From an uncultured Actinomycetes bacterium (GTDB taxonomy: Bacteria > Actinomycetota > Acidimicrobiia > IMCC26256 > PALSA-610), in contig CAVUFH010000003.1 of the NCBI GenBank assembly GCA_963740835.1, forward strand, positions 644,588 through 708,587: 64,000 nucleotides of DNA. Reading direction: 5' to 3'. Under the pieces are notes generated by a model that made no database searches, was not told where the DNA came from, and saw only the letters and a list, made by a program, of their open reading frames with translations. Position numbers and translations under genes: made by a program. Positions 1 to 9,516 of this stretch are shown here, piece by piece. The first letter of the stretch is position 1. The number at the start of each line of letters is the position of its first letter.

Positions 1-529
1 TGAAGAACACCTTCCACGGATCGACGTCGACGATGTCTCCGTTCTTGTTCAGCGTGAACCCGGCCGGTTCGTTCATCCACGCGTTCGCGGCGACCACCGA
101 GAGTGTGCCGCCGATGCCCGCGATCACGATGGGCACCCCGGTCCAGAAGTGGGTCCACGGCTTGAGCCGCCTCCAACCGAAGATGTAGATGGCGATGAAG
201 ATGGCTTCGGTGAAGAAGAAGAGGCCTTCGACCGCGAAGGGGATCCCGAACGCGGCGCCCCACTGGCCCATGAACTTGGGCCAGAGCAGACCGAACTCGA
301 AGGTCAGCACCGTACCCGTCACGGCGCCCACCGCGAAGGTGACCGCCATGTACTTGGCCCACCGCTGCGCGAGGAGCAGCGCGTCGTTGTCGCCCTTCTT
401 GATGGCGCGGTAGTTGGCGATCAGCGCCATGCACGCCCACGACACTCCCAGCGGCACCAGGATGATGTGGAAGGCGAGCGTGAACGCCATCTGCGCACGC
501 GCCCACGGGACCGGGTCCACGGCGAGCAT
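1..529 (-). CDS. cydA: Cytochrome bd ubiquinol oxidase subunit I, N-terminal ~176 aa. The gene continues beyond the window start
   Basis: Reverse-strand translation from ATG (complement of 527-529) reads MLAVDPVPWARAQMAFTLAFHIILVPLGVSWACMALIANY...FAVEGLFFFTEAIFIAIYIFGWRRLKPWTHFWTGVPIVIAGIGG. This is a typical CydA N-terminus and Q-loop region. It is absent from the ORF track because it runs off the window edge. Confidence 0.75.
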   Translation of the reverse strand, partial: MLAVDPVPWARAQMAFTLAFHIILVPLGVSWACMALIANYRAIKKGDNDALLLAQRWAKYMAVTFAVGAVTGTVLTFEFGLLWPKFMGQWGAAFGIPFAVEGLFFFTEAIFIAIYIFGWRRLKPWTHFWTGVPIVIAGIGGTLSVVAANAWMNEPAGFTLNKNGDIVDVDPWKVFF

Positions 530-673
530 CGGTCGTCCTCCGATCCGGGGATCCTGCGATTCTGCACAGTGTGCCCCGACCAGTCGTCATCCCGTTCGGA
601 TGAATCCAGCTGGGCACTCGACATCACCCGATCAGGGCGATGTTCGTGAGCGTCGGTCGGTCAGAATGTCCTG

Positions 674-1372
674 ATGGGCGAGGCCGGACTCTCTGCAGCC
701 GAGGTCGGCAAGGGGATCTCGGAACACCGGCACCACACGGAGAACGGCGAGGCCCGAGGGCAGGATCGCGTCATCACGATCATCGAAGCGACCCTACTGG
801 CCGTCGTGGCGCTGCTCGCGGCGTGGTCCGGGTTCGCGTCCTCGAAGTGGAGCACGGAGTCGCGCCTCGACCTCGCCGAGGCATCGTCCGCGCGTACCGA
901 GGCGAACCGCGCCGACGACGCGGCAGGTGAGATCAAGGACTTCGACGCGTCGACGTTCAACGCCTGGTTTTCCGCGTACCTCCTTGGGAACCAGAGGGCG
1001 GTCGCACTCGCGGAGCGCCGGTTCCGGCCGGAGTTCAAGGTCGCGTTCGATGCGTGGGAAGCGACGAATCCGGAGACCAATCCTGACGCACCTCCGGGAC
1101 CCACCTTCATGCCGGAGTACCGGGAGCCCGGCGCGGAGGAGGCCGTAGCGCTCGACCGCCGCGCCACGCGGAAATTCGAGGAGGGCCAGGAAGCGGCGGC
1201 CAACGCCGATGACTATGTGCGTACCACCGTCTACCTCGCGACGGTGCTGTTCCTGGTCGGGATCAGCGGCCACTTCCGCGTCCGCGGCGCGCGCATCGGT
1301 CTCGTCGTCGTGGGCGTCATCGTCCTCGGCATCGCCGGGGTGACGCTTGCCACCTTGCCCGGTCTGCCGTGA
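674..1372 (+). CDS. Conserved hypothetical membrane protein
   Basis: 232-aa ORF with protein-like composition, a hydrophobic N-terminal segment (ATLLAVVALLAAWSGFASS) and a C-terminal TM segment. It ends 4 bp inside the next gene. Confidence 0.55.
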   Translation: MGEAGLSAAEVGKGISEHRHHTENGEARGQDRVITIIEATLLAVVALLAAWSGFASSKWSTESRLDLAEASSARTEANRADDAAGEIKDFDASTFNAWFSAYLLGNQRAVALAERRFRPEFKVAFDAWEATNPETNPDAPPGPTFMPEYREPGAEEAVALDRRATRKFEEGQEAAANADDYVRTTVYLATVLFLVGISGHFRVRGARIGLVVVGVIVLGIAGVTLATLPGLP

Positions 1373-2052
1373 GCGCCGACGATCCGACCGACGGCGACGA
1401 GGCCGACGACGAACTGATCGCCGAAGCCCGCTGGCCGATGGCCGCTGCAGTGCTCGCGACGATGGTGCTCACGATCCTGTTGCCGAACAACTTCCGGCAC
1501 CTCCCGGTGTGGCTGGTGCCGGTGCTCGAGGGCGGCCTGCTGCTCGCGGTGGTCCTCGGCGATCCCGGCAAGATCGATCGCCGGTCCCGGTCCTTGCGAG
1601 TCGTATCGATCGGGCTCGTATCACTGCTCGTCCTCAGCGCGCTGTGGGCGACGGCGCTACTGACCGTGGCGCTCATCGAAGGCAACCAGGCGACGAACTC
1701 GGCCGGTGAACTGCTACGGGTCGGTGGCATCGTGTGGCTGTCGAACAACATCGCATTCGCGCTGCTGTTCTGGGAACTGGACGGCGGCGGCGCGGCCGCC
1801 CGCGCTCATCGCCTGCCGAAGTACCCCGATTTCGCCTTTCCGCAGCAGCTGAACCCGGACGTCGCGCCCCCGAACTGGCGGCCCCGGTTCGTCGACTACC
1901 TGTACCTGGGCTTCACCAACGCCACCGCCTTCAGCCCCACCGACGCGATGCCGCTCGCGCCCTGGGCCAAGATCACGATGGCGGTCCAGTCGCTCGCGTC
2001 CCTCCTCATCCTCGGCCTCGTCATCGCCCGGGCTGTGAACATCTTCACCTGA
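1369..2052 (+). CDS. Conserved integral membrane protein, possibly DUF1345-like
   Basis: 227-aa ORF with 4-5 predicted TM helices (MAAAVLATMVLTILL, VWLVPVLEGGLLLAVVLG, VSLLVLSALWATALLTV, IVWLSNNIAFALLFWEL). Its start overlaps the previous stop. Confidence 0.55.
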   Translation: MSADDPTDGDEADDELIAEARWPMAAAVLATMVLTILLPNNFRHLPVWLVPVLEGGLLLAVVLGDPGKIDRRSRSLRVVSIGLVSLLVLSALWATALLTVALIEGNQATNSAGELLRVGGIVWLSNNIAFALLFWELDGGGAAARAHRLPKYPDFAFPQQLNPDVAPPNWRPRFVDYLYLGFTNATAFSPTDAMPLAPWAKITMAVQSLASLLILGLVIARAVNIFT

Positions 2053-2323
2053 CCGGGGCGGGGACCGGCCGCGGTGCACGTTCATCCCCTTCGGGTGATG
2101 CTCGGTCGGCGCCCTGGCGACATCCTGGGGACATGCGAGATTTGCTTCTTCGCAGAGATCGCATCTGTGTGCGAGCGTCGCACCATCACCGACGCCGGGA
2201 CGGTGCGGCTGGCATCATTGCCCGAACAAGCCGAGGACGCTGCACGCACGCGGCGACTCGGGTGAGACTCATGCCAACGAATGAGGCCAGTGCAATGCGG
2301 GCCTCGAGAAACAGGAGAGATAC

Positions 2324-2722
2324 GTGACACTCGCTTCCGACTTCGGTACCGGCCAGGTCTTCTGGTCGATCCTGTGGTTCACGATGTTCTTCATCTGGAT
2401 CTGGCTGTTGATCATCGTCTTCAGTGACATCTTCCGCAGCCACGACCTCGGCGGCTTCGCCAAGGCGCTTTGGGTGATCGGCATCATCATCGTCCCGTAC
2501 CTCGGCGTGTTCATCTACTTGATCGCGCGGGGCCACAAGATGCAGGAGCACGCGATGGCCGCGGCCCAGGCGCAGGATGCCGCTGCGAAGCAGTACATCC
2601 AGAGTGCGGTCGGGAGTTCGACGAGCACCGCCGACGAGCTCGCGCGTTTGGCCGACCTCAAGGACCGCGGCGTGATCGACGACGCCGAGTTCCAGCGGTT
2701 GAAGGCGAAGGCGCTCGCCTGA
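2324..2722 (+). CDS. PLDc_N-domain membrane protein with C-terminal SHOCT domain
   Basis: GTG start preceded by AGGAGA. The N-terminus has two TM helices with the cardiolipin-synthase N-terminal-like motif (WSILWFTMFFIWIWLLIIVFSDIF...WVIGIIIVPYLGVFIYL). The C-terminus reads ELARLADLKDRGVIDDAEFQRLKAKAL, which is a SHOCT oligomerisation motif. Confidence 0.7.
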   Translation: MTLASDFGTGQVFWSILWFTMFFIWIWLLIIVFSDIFRSHDLGGFAKALWVIGIIIVPYLGVFIYLIARGHKMQEHAMAAAQAQDAAAKQYIQSAVGSSTSTADELARLADLKDRGVIDDAEFQRLKAKALA

Positions 2723-2860
2723 GGTTGCGCTTGGAAGCCGGATTGCGCGTCACGGCGGCTGCCCGGAGCGGCAGCCGCCGTTGCGCGTCCGATCCTTGAC
2801 GCGTGCGCTCCTAATACGGCAATCGACGAGGAGGGCAGGCCGGGAAGCGAGGACGAAGGA

Positions 2861-4198
2861 GTGACGACTTCCACGAACCCACCGGAACCGGCGGCGCCGC
2901 CCGATCCCGTCGAGCTGCTCAGGAGCAACAGCTATCTCGGGTTGCTCGTGCTGGGCGCAATCATCGGGGTCCCGATCGCCACCGTGGCGTACTTCTTCTT
3001 GAAGCTCGTCGCCGAGGCGCAGCAGTACATCTTCACCACGCTTCCGAACGACCTCGGTTTCGACGGCGCGCCGGCTTGGTGGCCGGCCCCGTTCCTTGCG
3101 CTCAGCGGGCTCCTCGTCGCGCTCGCGATCAAGTACCTCCCGGGAACCGGTGGCCACTCTCCGGCCGACGGATTCAAGCCCAGCGGCGCGGTCCCGCCGA
3201 CCGAGCTCCCGGGCATCGTGCTGGCCGCCTTCGTCACCCTGAGCCTCGGGGTCGTGCTCGGCCCGGAAGCGCCACTCATCGCGATCGGCAGCGGTCTCGG
3301 TGTCCTGGCGATCCATCTCCTCAAGCGGGACGCGCCGCAGATGGCCGTCGTTGTCGTGGCGGTGGCCGGGAGCTTCGCCGCGATCTCGACCCTTCTCGGT
3401 TCGCCGATCGTCGGCGCCTTCCTGCTGATGGAAGTGGCGGGCTTGGGAGGCCCGCTCCTGGGCGTCGTGCTCGTGCCTGGCCTGCTCGCGGCCGGTGTGG
3501 GTTCGCTCATCTTCGTGGGGCTCGACGCCTGGACCGGCTTCGGGACGTTTTCGCTCTCCGTGCCCAACATCCCGCCCGCGAGCTCCCCAACGGGAGCCGA
3601 GTTCCTCTGGGCGATCGCGATCGGCGTCGCAGCCGCGGTGGTCGGCGCCGGGATCAAGCGAATGGCCCTCATGATCCGGCCTGTGGTCGAACGGCAGAGC
3701 CTGGTGCGCACGCCACTCGCGGGATTGGCGATCGGTGGGCTCGCGTTCGTCTTCGTCGAGGGCTCGGATCGCAACGTTTCGTTCATGCTCTTCTCCGGAC
3801 AGGACTCGCTGCCGTCGCTCATCGAGAATGCGTCCGGTTGGACGGTCGGCGCCCTCCTGCTTCTCATCATCTGCAAAGGACTCGCCTACGGCATCTCGCT
3901 GAGCAGCTTCCGCGGCGGTCCCGTCTTCCCAGGGCTGTTCATCGGTGCCGCCGGCGGCATCGCGCTGTCCCACCTGGCCGGCCTGCCGATGATCGCGGGC
4001 GCGGCCATGGGCATGGGTGCGCTGATGACGGCCATGCTCGGTCTCCCGCTCACGTCGGTCATGCTCACGACGCTGTTTCTCCAAGCCGATGGCCTCACGC
4101 TCATGCCCGTCGTGATCGTCGCCGTCGCGATCTCTTACGTCGCGTCCGCGCGGCTGGCTCCGAAGATGCCACCAACCGCCGAGCCGGCACCGGCGTGA
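2861..4198 (+). CDS. Voltage-gated ClC-type chloride channel
   Basis: 445-aa polytopic membrane protein. The GPEAPLIAIGSGLG and GxFxP-like segments match ClC selectivity-filter regions. Confidence 0.75.
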   Translation: MTTSTNPPEPAAPPDPVELLRSNSYLGLLVLGAIIGVPIATVAYFFLKLVAEAQQYIFTTLPNDLGFDGAPAWWPAPFLALSGLLVALAIKYLPGTGGHSPADGFKPSGAVPPTELPGIVLAAFVTLSLGVVLGPEAPLIAIGSGLGVLAIHLLKRDAPQMAVVVVAVAGSFAAISTLLGSPIVGAFLLMEVAGLGGPLLGVVLVPGLLAAGVGSLIFVGLDAWTGFGTFSLSVPNIPPASSPTGAEFLWAIAIGVAAAVVGAGIKRMALMIRPVVERQSLVRTPLAGLAIGGLAFVFVEGSDRNVSFMLFSGQDSLPSLIENASGWTVGALLLLIICKGLAYGISLSSFRGGPVFPGLFIGAAGGIALSHLAGLPMIAGAAMGMGALMTAMLGLPLTSVMLTTLFLQADGLTLMPVVIVAVAISYVASARLAPKMPPTAEPAPA

Positions 4199-4242
4199 CC
4201 GCGAGGGTGACACTGTTTCAGTCAGCCGACTAAAACTCGGCG

Positions 4243-5766
4243 ATGGCTCATGATCCCGTTGTCGCCGAAACCGTCCGCGCGGCCGAGCACCTCGAACCTC
4301 GCTTCGTCCTCGCAGACCAGGAGCAGCGCGCCGGCGCGTGCCTGAACGCGTACCGCGGCGCGGCCGGCAAACGGCCGAACGTGCTGGTGATCCTGTTCGA
4401 CGACGTCGGCTGGGGCGACTTCGGCTGTTACGGCGGCGGCGCCGCGGTGGGCGCGCCCACCCCCAACATCGACAAGCTCGCGCGCCGCGGGCTCCTCCTG
4501 ACGAGCTGCTACTCCGAGCCGTCGTGCACGCCCTCCCGCGCGTCGCTGATGACCGGCCGCCTACCGATGCGGCACGGACTGCTGCGGCCCCCGATGTACG
4601 GCCAGCCCGGCGGCCTCGCGGGCGAGGTCACACTCGCGCAGCTCCTGCACGACGCGGGCTACGTGACGCAGGCCGTCGGCAAGTGGCACATGGGTGAGAA
4701 CCGGGAGTCGCAAGCGCAGCATGTCGGCTTCGACGATTTCTACGGGTTCCTGTCGGTTTCCGACATGTACACCGAGTGGCGGGACGCGAACTTCTTCCCG
4801 GAGATCGTCTACAGCGCGGAGCGCACCGAGTGGGTGCGGAACCTTCCGTTCAACAAGTGCTTCGTGCACGCGCGGCGCGGCGAGGACGCCGAGAACGTCG
4901 AAGAGGTGACGATCCCGGTCCTCTCGCTGCTCGACGACAAGTGGACCGACTACTCGCGGGCGTTCATCCGCGAACGTGCGGGCAAGGAGGAACCGTGGTT
5001 CCTCTACCACTGCACGCGCGGCGCGCACTTCGACAACTACCCGCACGAGCGGTTTCTCGGGAAGTCGCCGGCGAAGCACCCGTACAAGGACACGATCCTC
5101 GAGCTCGACGACATCGTCGGGCGGCTCGTGGCCGAGCTCGAGGCGACCGGGCAGCTCGATGACACGCTGATCTTCCTCTCCTCCGACAACGGTCCCGAGA
5201 TGGAGACGTGGCCGGACGCGGCCTATTCGCCGTTCCGCTGCGCCAAAGGCAGCACATGGGAAGGCGGCCAGCGCGTGCCCGCGATCGTCGCGTGGCCGGG
5301 GATGATCGAACCCGATCGCGTCAGCGACGGGCTGTTCTCGCAGATGGATCTGTTCAACACGATCCTGCAGCTCGCCGCGGCCGCGGATCGCATCCCGACC
5401 GACCGCTACATCGACGGCGTGGACCAGACGTCGTTCCTGCTCGACCCCGAAGGCGTGTCGAACCGCAAGTTCCTCTACTACTGGCTCGTCAATGTGTTCT
5501 CCGCGCTGCGCGTCGGCGAGTGGAAGTTCATGGTCGCGTCCACCTCGGACGACGACCGTGACTGCCTGAACCTCGGCGGCTTCACCGGCGTCACCCAGCG
5601 CTACACACACGGGCGGCTCTACAACCTCTACCTCGATCCCAAGGAGAGCCGCAGCTACATGATCCGCAAGCTCGCGTACATCGACACGTTCACGGACGGC
5701 ATCCGGCAGCACTTCGTGACCTTCGGCAAATACCCACCGAAGCAACCGATCGCAGCGATGAGTTGA
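4243..5766 (+). CDS. Arylsulfatase (formylglycine-dependent type I sulfatase)
   Basis: CTPSRASLMTGR (C-x-P-x-R sulfatase signature) and GKWHMG motifs. The N-terminus shows the DD...GWGD metal-binding pattern. 507 aa. Confidence 0.85.
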   Translation: MAHDPVVAETVRAAEHLEPRFVLADQEQRAGACLNAYRGAAGKRPNVLVILFDDVGWGDFGCYGGGAAVGAPTPNIDKLARRGLLLTSCYSEPSCTPSRASLMTGRLPMRHGLLRPPMYGQPGGLAGEVTLAQLLHDAGYVTQAVGKWHMGENRESQAQHVGFDDFYGFLSVSDMYTEWRDANFFPEIVYSAERTEWVRNLPFNKCFVHARRGEDAENVEEVTIPVLSLLDDKWTDYSRAFIRERAGKEEPWFLYHCTRGAHFDNYPHERFLGKSPAKHPYKDTILELDDIVGRLVAELEATGQLDDTLIFLSSDNGPEMETWPDAAYSPFRCAKGSTWEGGQRVPAIVAWPGMIEPDRVSDGLFSQMDLFNTILQLAAAADRIPTDRYIDGVDQTSFLLDPEGVSNRKFLYYWLVNVFSALRVGEWKFMVASTSDDDRDCLNLGGFTGVTQRYTHGRLYNLYLDPKESRSYMIRKLAYIDTFTDGIRQHFVTFGKYPPKQPIAAMS

Positions 5767-5794
5767 GTGTGAACGCGGGCCAGTGTGCGTCTGC

Positions 5795-6979
5795 TCAGGT
5801 GATCGCCGGGACCGTTCGGGCGCGAGTGACCACGAAACCGAAGCCGCCCATCACGAGTGCGACGATGGCCGCGAGGCCGAAGAGCGTCGACAGATGGGTG
5901 CCGGCGTCCTGCAACGGCCCTGCGCCGAACGCAGCGATCCCGTAGCCGATCTGGTAGCACGCGATGACACCGCCGGCGACGGCCGCGCCCATCGCGGTGA
6001 GCTCTTCCTGCCCGAAGCTGATGGTCAGCGGGAGCAACGCCGAGCAGCACAGCCCGGCCAGGCCGAACGTGAAGATCGCGAGCGCGGGCTTGTCGTCTGG
6101 GAGCTGGGAGATCGAGACGAAGACGACGGCGAGCAGGACGGGGAGCACGCGGTAGGTGACGCGCATCGGCACCCAGCGCTGCAGTGCCGCGAACCCGACG
6201 CGGCCGAGGGTGACGGACGCCCAGAACGTCGTCAGGGCGAGCGATGCCATCGTGGTGGACGCGCCGAGGTCCTTCATGTCGATGGACGCCCAGTTTCCGT
6301 TCATCGTCTCGCAGATGCCGTAGCAGACCGCGAACCCGGCGTAGATCCAGAACCGGCCGGGGATCGGTGCACGCCTGGCGCCGGCGACGTGCGCCGGCCG
6401 CGCGACCTCGAGGGGGAGCCGCATGCTGGCGCCGAGCACGAGCGCGAGCGTGGTTCCGGCGACGATCGGCAGGCCCCACCAGAAGTCGAGCCCGATGAAC
6501 ACTGCGACGAGCAGCGGGGCGAGCGCGGTGCCGACCCCCAGCAACGCGTTCAGCACGAGTACCGACGAGTCCACCTTCCCTGGGTTGAACGCCGCGGTGA
6601 ACGTGTTGAGCGCGGGAACCGTGAAGCCGAAGCCCACCCCGAGCGAGAACGTGGCGCAGAGCAGGAGTGCGTAGGCGATGCCCTCGTCGTGTTCGAAGAT
6701 CGCGCTGATGACGAGGAGCGTCATCGAGGTGACGTTCGCCAGCATGCCGACGAGGTACACCTTGCGCGTCCCCACGCGCCGCGCCCACGACGCCCCGAGG
6801 ATCGACGCCGCGACCGCGGCGATCGCCTGCGGCACGAACATCGCGCCGTACGCACTGCTCGTCAGGCCGTACTCGGTGGGGCTCGTGAAGACCGTGCTCG
6901 CGGCGGGAAAGGTGACGAGCGCGACCCCCTGCGCGACCGCCGCGATCAGGACGACGCGCGCTTCGGTGCGAGATGCCAT
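5795..6979 (-). CDS. MFS transporter
   Basis: 394 aa with about 12 predicted TM helices and MFS-like loop motifs. Confidence 0.8.
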   Translation of the reverse strand: MASRTEARVVLIAAVAQGVALVTFPAASTVFTSPTEYGLTSSAYGAMFVPQAIAAVAASILGASWARRVGTRKVYLVGMLANVTSMTLLVISAIFEHDEGIAYALLLCATFSLGVGFGFTVPALNTFTAAFNPGKVDSSVLVLNALLGVGTALAPLLVAVFIGLDFWWGLPIVAGTTLALVLGASMRLPLEVARPAHVAGARRAPIPGRFWIYAGFAVCYGICETMNGNWASIDMKDLGASTTMASLALTTFWASVTLGRVGFAALQRWVPMRVTYRVLPVLLAVVFVSISQLPDDKPALAIFTFGLAGLCCSALLPLTISFGQEELTAMGAAVAGGVIACYQIGYGIAAFGAGPLQDAGTHLSTLFGLAAIVALVMGGFGFVVTRARTVPAIT

Positions 6980-7011
6980 GCTCCCCCGTTCCGGCTCGCA
7001 GGCGGTCGCCG

Positions 7012-8565
7012 TCAGCCGAGACGGGACTGCAGGTGTTCGCCCACGCGGATCGCGTTCGCCATTGCGGTGAGCGCCGGGTTCACCGCGCCGATGCTCGGGA
7101 AGAAGCTGGTGTCCACCACGTAGAGGTTGTCGACCTCGTGCGCCTTGCAGTTCGGGTCGAGCACGGAGGTCTCGGGGTCGGAGCCGAAGCGGGCGGTGCC
7201 GGATTGGTGCGCACAGCCCACGATCGCGATCGACATGTCCATGTAGAAGTTCTTGTCGAGCACGTGGTGGTCGGCGAGGCCGGTGTGGTTCAGGATCTTC
7301 TTCAGCTCGTGGTAGAGCCGGTCAGCTTCCTTGTCGTTCGTCATCTCGTACGCGATCGCGATGTCGCCATCGGGGCGCACAGTGACCCGGTTGTCGGGCT
7401 TCGGCAGGTCTTCGGTCGTCAGCCAGAAGTCGACCGCGTGGTGCGCGACATCGTCGAGGCTCCAGTGCGGTGCGAGCTTCGTCAGGTGCGGCTCTTCACC
7501 CTTCATCGCGGCCGCGTTCGACTTGCCGACCATCTGGATGTTGCCGATCGGGTACTGGTAGTCGTCCGTACCGAAGTAGAAGTCGTTCAGGCCGAGCGTC
7601 TTCTGGAAGACAGTGTCGTTGCGTTCCTTCGACAGCGCGACGACCGCCTTGCTGTTGTGGAACATGAAGTTGCGCCCGACCTGATCCGAGCCGTTGGCGA
7701 GCCCGTTCGGGTGCCGGTCGTTCGCCGATGCGAGCAGGATCCGCGCGCTGTTCGACGCGCCTGCCGCGAGCACCACGATGTCGGCTTCGTAGACCTCGCG
7801 TGTGCCGCCGCGCTCGACGACCACGCCGGTGACATCACGGCCGGATGCTTTGGTCTCGAGTGCGGTGACCCTGGCGTCGACGAGCAGCGTGACGTTCGGT
7901 TCGTCCAGGATCGGACGTACCGCGATTGTCTCCGCGTCGGACTTGGCGTGCACGAGGCACGGGTAGCCGTCGCACCACGTACACCGGATGCACACGCTCT
8001 TGGGCCGCTCGGCCTCGTCGAACAAGATGCCGCACGGCGCGTGGAACGGCTTGTAGCCGGCGCGCTCGAGGTCGTCGGAGAGCTGCTGAATGCGCGGCTC
8101 GTGCGAAACCGCCGGCCACGGGTACTGCTTGCTCCACAGACCCTCGGTGGGGTCTTCGCCGTGGTTGCCGCGCACCTCGTAGAGCCACTCGGCCTTGGTG
8201 TAGTACGGCTCGAAGTCGTCGTAGCTCACCGGCCACGCGGGCGAGATGCCGTCGACGTGTTTCAGTTCGCCGAAGTCCTGCGGTCGGAGCCGGTACAGCG
8301 CGGCACCGTAGAGCTTGGTCGCGCCACCGACGAAGTAGTGCACCTGCGGCTGGAACGCCTTGCCGTCGGCGTCGTGCCACGTCTCGTCCGAGATGTAGCG
8401 CCCGTCGATGAACACGGGTTCGGGTGTCCAGTTCTCCATCTCGCGCGGAAGGAAGTTGCCCCGCTCGAGGAGCAGGATCTGCTTGCCGGACGGCGCCAGC
8501 GTGTGCGCGAGGGTGCCGCCACCCGCGCCGGTGCCGATGATGATGACGTCGTAGCGCTCGGCCAT
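7012..8565 (-). CDS. GMC-family FAD-dependent oxidoreductase
   Basis: N-terminal DVIIIGTGAGGGTLAHTL Rossmann motif with the GMC domain organisation. 517 aa. Confidence 0.85.
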   Translation of the reverse strand: MAERYDVIIIGTGAGGGTLAHTLAPSGKQILLLERGNFLPREMENWTPEPVFIDGRYISDETWHDADGKAFQPQVHYFVGGATKLYGAALYRLRPQDFGELKHVDGISPAWPVSYDDFEPYYTKAEWLYEVRGNHGEDPTEGLWSKQYPWPAVSHEPRIQQLSDDLERAGYKPFHAPCGILFDEAERPKSVCIRCTWCDGYPCLVHAKSDAETIAVRPILDEPNVTLLVDARVTALETKASGRDVTGVVVERGGTREVYEADIVVLAAGASNSARILLASANDRHPNGLANGSDQVGRNFMFHNSKAVVALSKERNDTVFQKTLGLNDFYFGTDDYQYPIGNIQMVGKSNAAAMKGEEPHLTKLAPHWSLDDVAHHAVDFWLTTEDLPKPDNRVTVRPDGDIAIAYEMTNDKEADRLYHELKKILNHTGLADHHVLDKNFYMDMSIAIVGCAHQSGTARFGSDPETSVLDPNCKAHEVDNLYVVDTSFFPSIGAVNPALTAMANAIRVGEHLQSRLG

Positions 8566-8579
8566 TGGGTCCTCGATCC

Positions 8580-9347
8580 CTAGAGCCCGGGGCTGCTGTG
8601 CATGATCCCGCCGTCGGCGAAGACCGTCGTCGCGGTGAGGTAGGAGGCACCGTCGGATGCGAGGAACGCAACCACGTTGCCGATCTCGGCTGGTTCGGCC
8701 ATGCGCGCGAGCGGGATCGCGGCGTCGAGCACCTTCATCTTCGCCGGGTCGTCCATCGTCGACTTGTTGATCGGGGTCGCGACGGCGCCGGGGCCGACGC
8801 CGACCACGCGCACGCCTTGCGGCCCGAGCTCGACGCCCGCGGTGCGGGTCAACATGCGCATGCCGCCCTTGGACAGGCAGTACGGCGTGTTGCCGGGCAT
8901 GGGCCAGTCCTCGTGCACGGAGGTGACGTTGATGATGGCGCCGCCACTGCCCTGGGCGATCATCTGCTTGGCCGCGATCTGGGTGCCGAAGAAGGCGCTC
9001 TTGAGGTTGATCGCCATCACCTTCTCGTACTGCGCTTCGGTCGTGTCGAGGATCGACGTGCGCGTCTCGACGCCCGCGTTGTTGACCATCACGTCGACCC
9101 GGCCGAAGCCCTTGACCGCCGCGTCGACGAGCCGCTGCAGGTCCTCGACCTTGCTCACGTCGGCCTCCACGCCGATGGCCTTGTCGCCCAGCTTCGCGAC
9201 CTCGCGTTCCAGGTCCTCGGTCGCCTGCTGGTCGGCGACGTAGTCGATGACGACGTTGGCGCCCTCGCGCGCGAGGGCGAGCGTGATGGCTTTGCCGATC
9301 CCGCTGTTGCCGCCGGTGACGATGGCGATCTTGCCCTTCAGTGTCAT
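8580..9347 (-). CDS. Short-chain dehydrogenase/reductase (SDR)
   Basis: TGGNSGIGKA cofactor motif, NNAG, and YxxxK catalytic region (YCLSKGG). 255 aa. Confidence 0.85.
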   Translation of the reverse strand: MTLKGKIAIVTGGNSGIGKAITLALAREGANVVIDYVADQQATEDLEREVAKLGDKAIGVEADVSKVEDLQRLVDAAVKGFGRVDVMVNNAGVETRTSILDTTEAQYEKVMAINLKSAFFGTQIAAKQMIAQGSGGAIINVTSVHEDWPMPGNTPYCLSKGGMRMLTRTAGVELGPQGVRVVGVGPGAVATPINKSTMDDPAKMKVLDAAIPLARMAEPAEIGNVVAFLASDGASYLTATTVFADGGIMHSSPGL

Positions 9348-9428
9348 GTGGGTTCCTCCGGCAGGGTCCGGCGCGAACGCGCGCCTCGGACCGACCCGCC
9401 GACCTTATGGCGCGGCCGCCCCGGGTGA

Positions 9429-9447
9429 ATCATGCCGATGGCATGAT
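9429..9447. promoter_or_regulatory. Perfect 8-3-8 palindrome (ATCATGCC-GAT-GGCATGAT) in a divergent intergenic region. Candidate operator
   Basis: Read directly from the sequence. It lies between the divergently transcribed SDR (-) and GH15 (+) genes, about 70 bp upstream of the GH15 start. Confidence 0.35.
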
Positions 9448-9516
9448 GTTCACGGGCCGCTGAACGCATGAAATTGCGGTCGCCCCCCAGAGGACCCCCA
9501 ACACCAGAGGTGCGGC

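Noticed and set aside
2074-2265. A 63-aa ORF with several Cys residues (…GTCEICFFAEIASVCERRT…) in the 270-bp spacer before the PLDc_N/SHOCT gene
   Set aside because: It has no RBS, no recognisable zinc-ribbon spacing, and its composition is compatible with noncoding DNA. It is retained only as a possibility.
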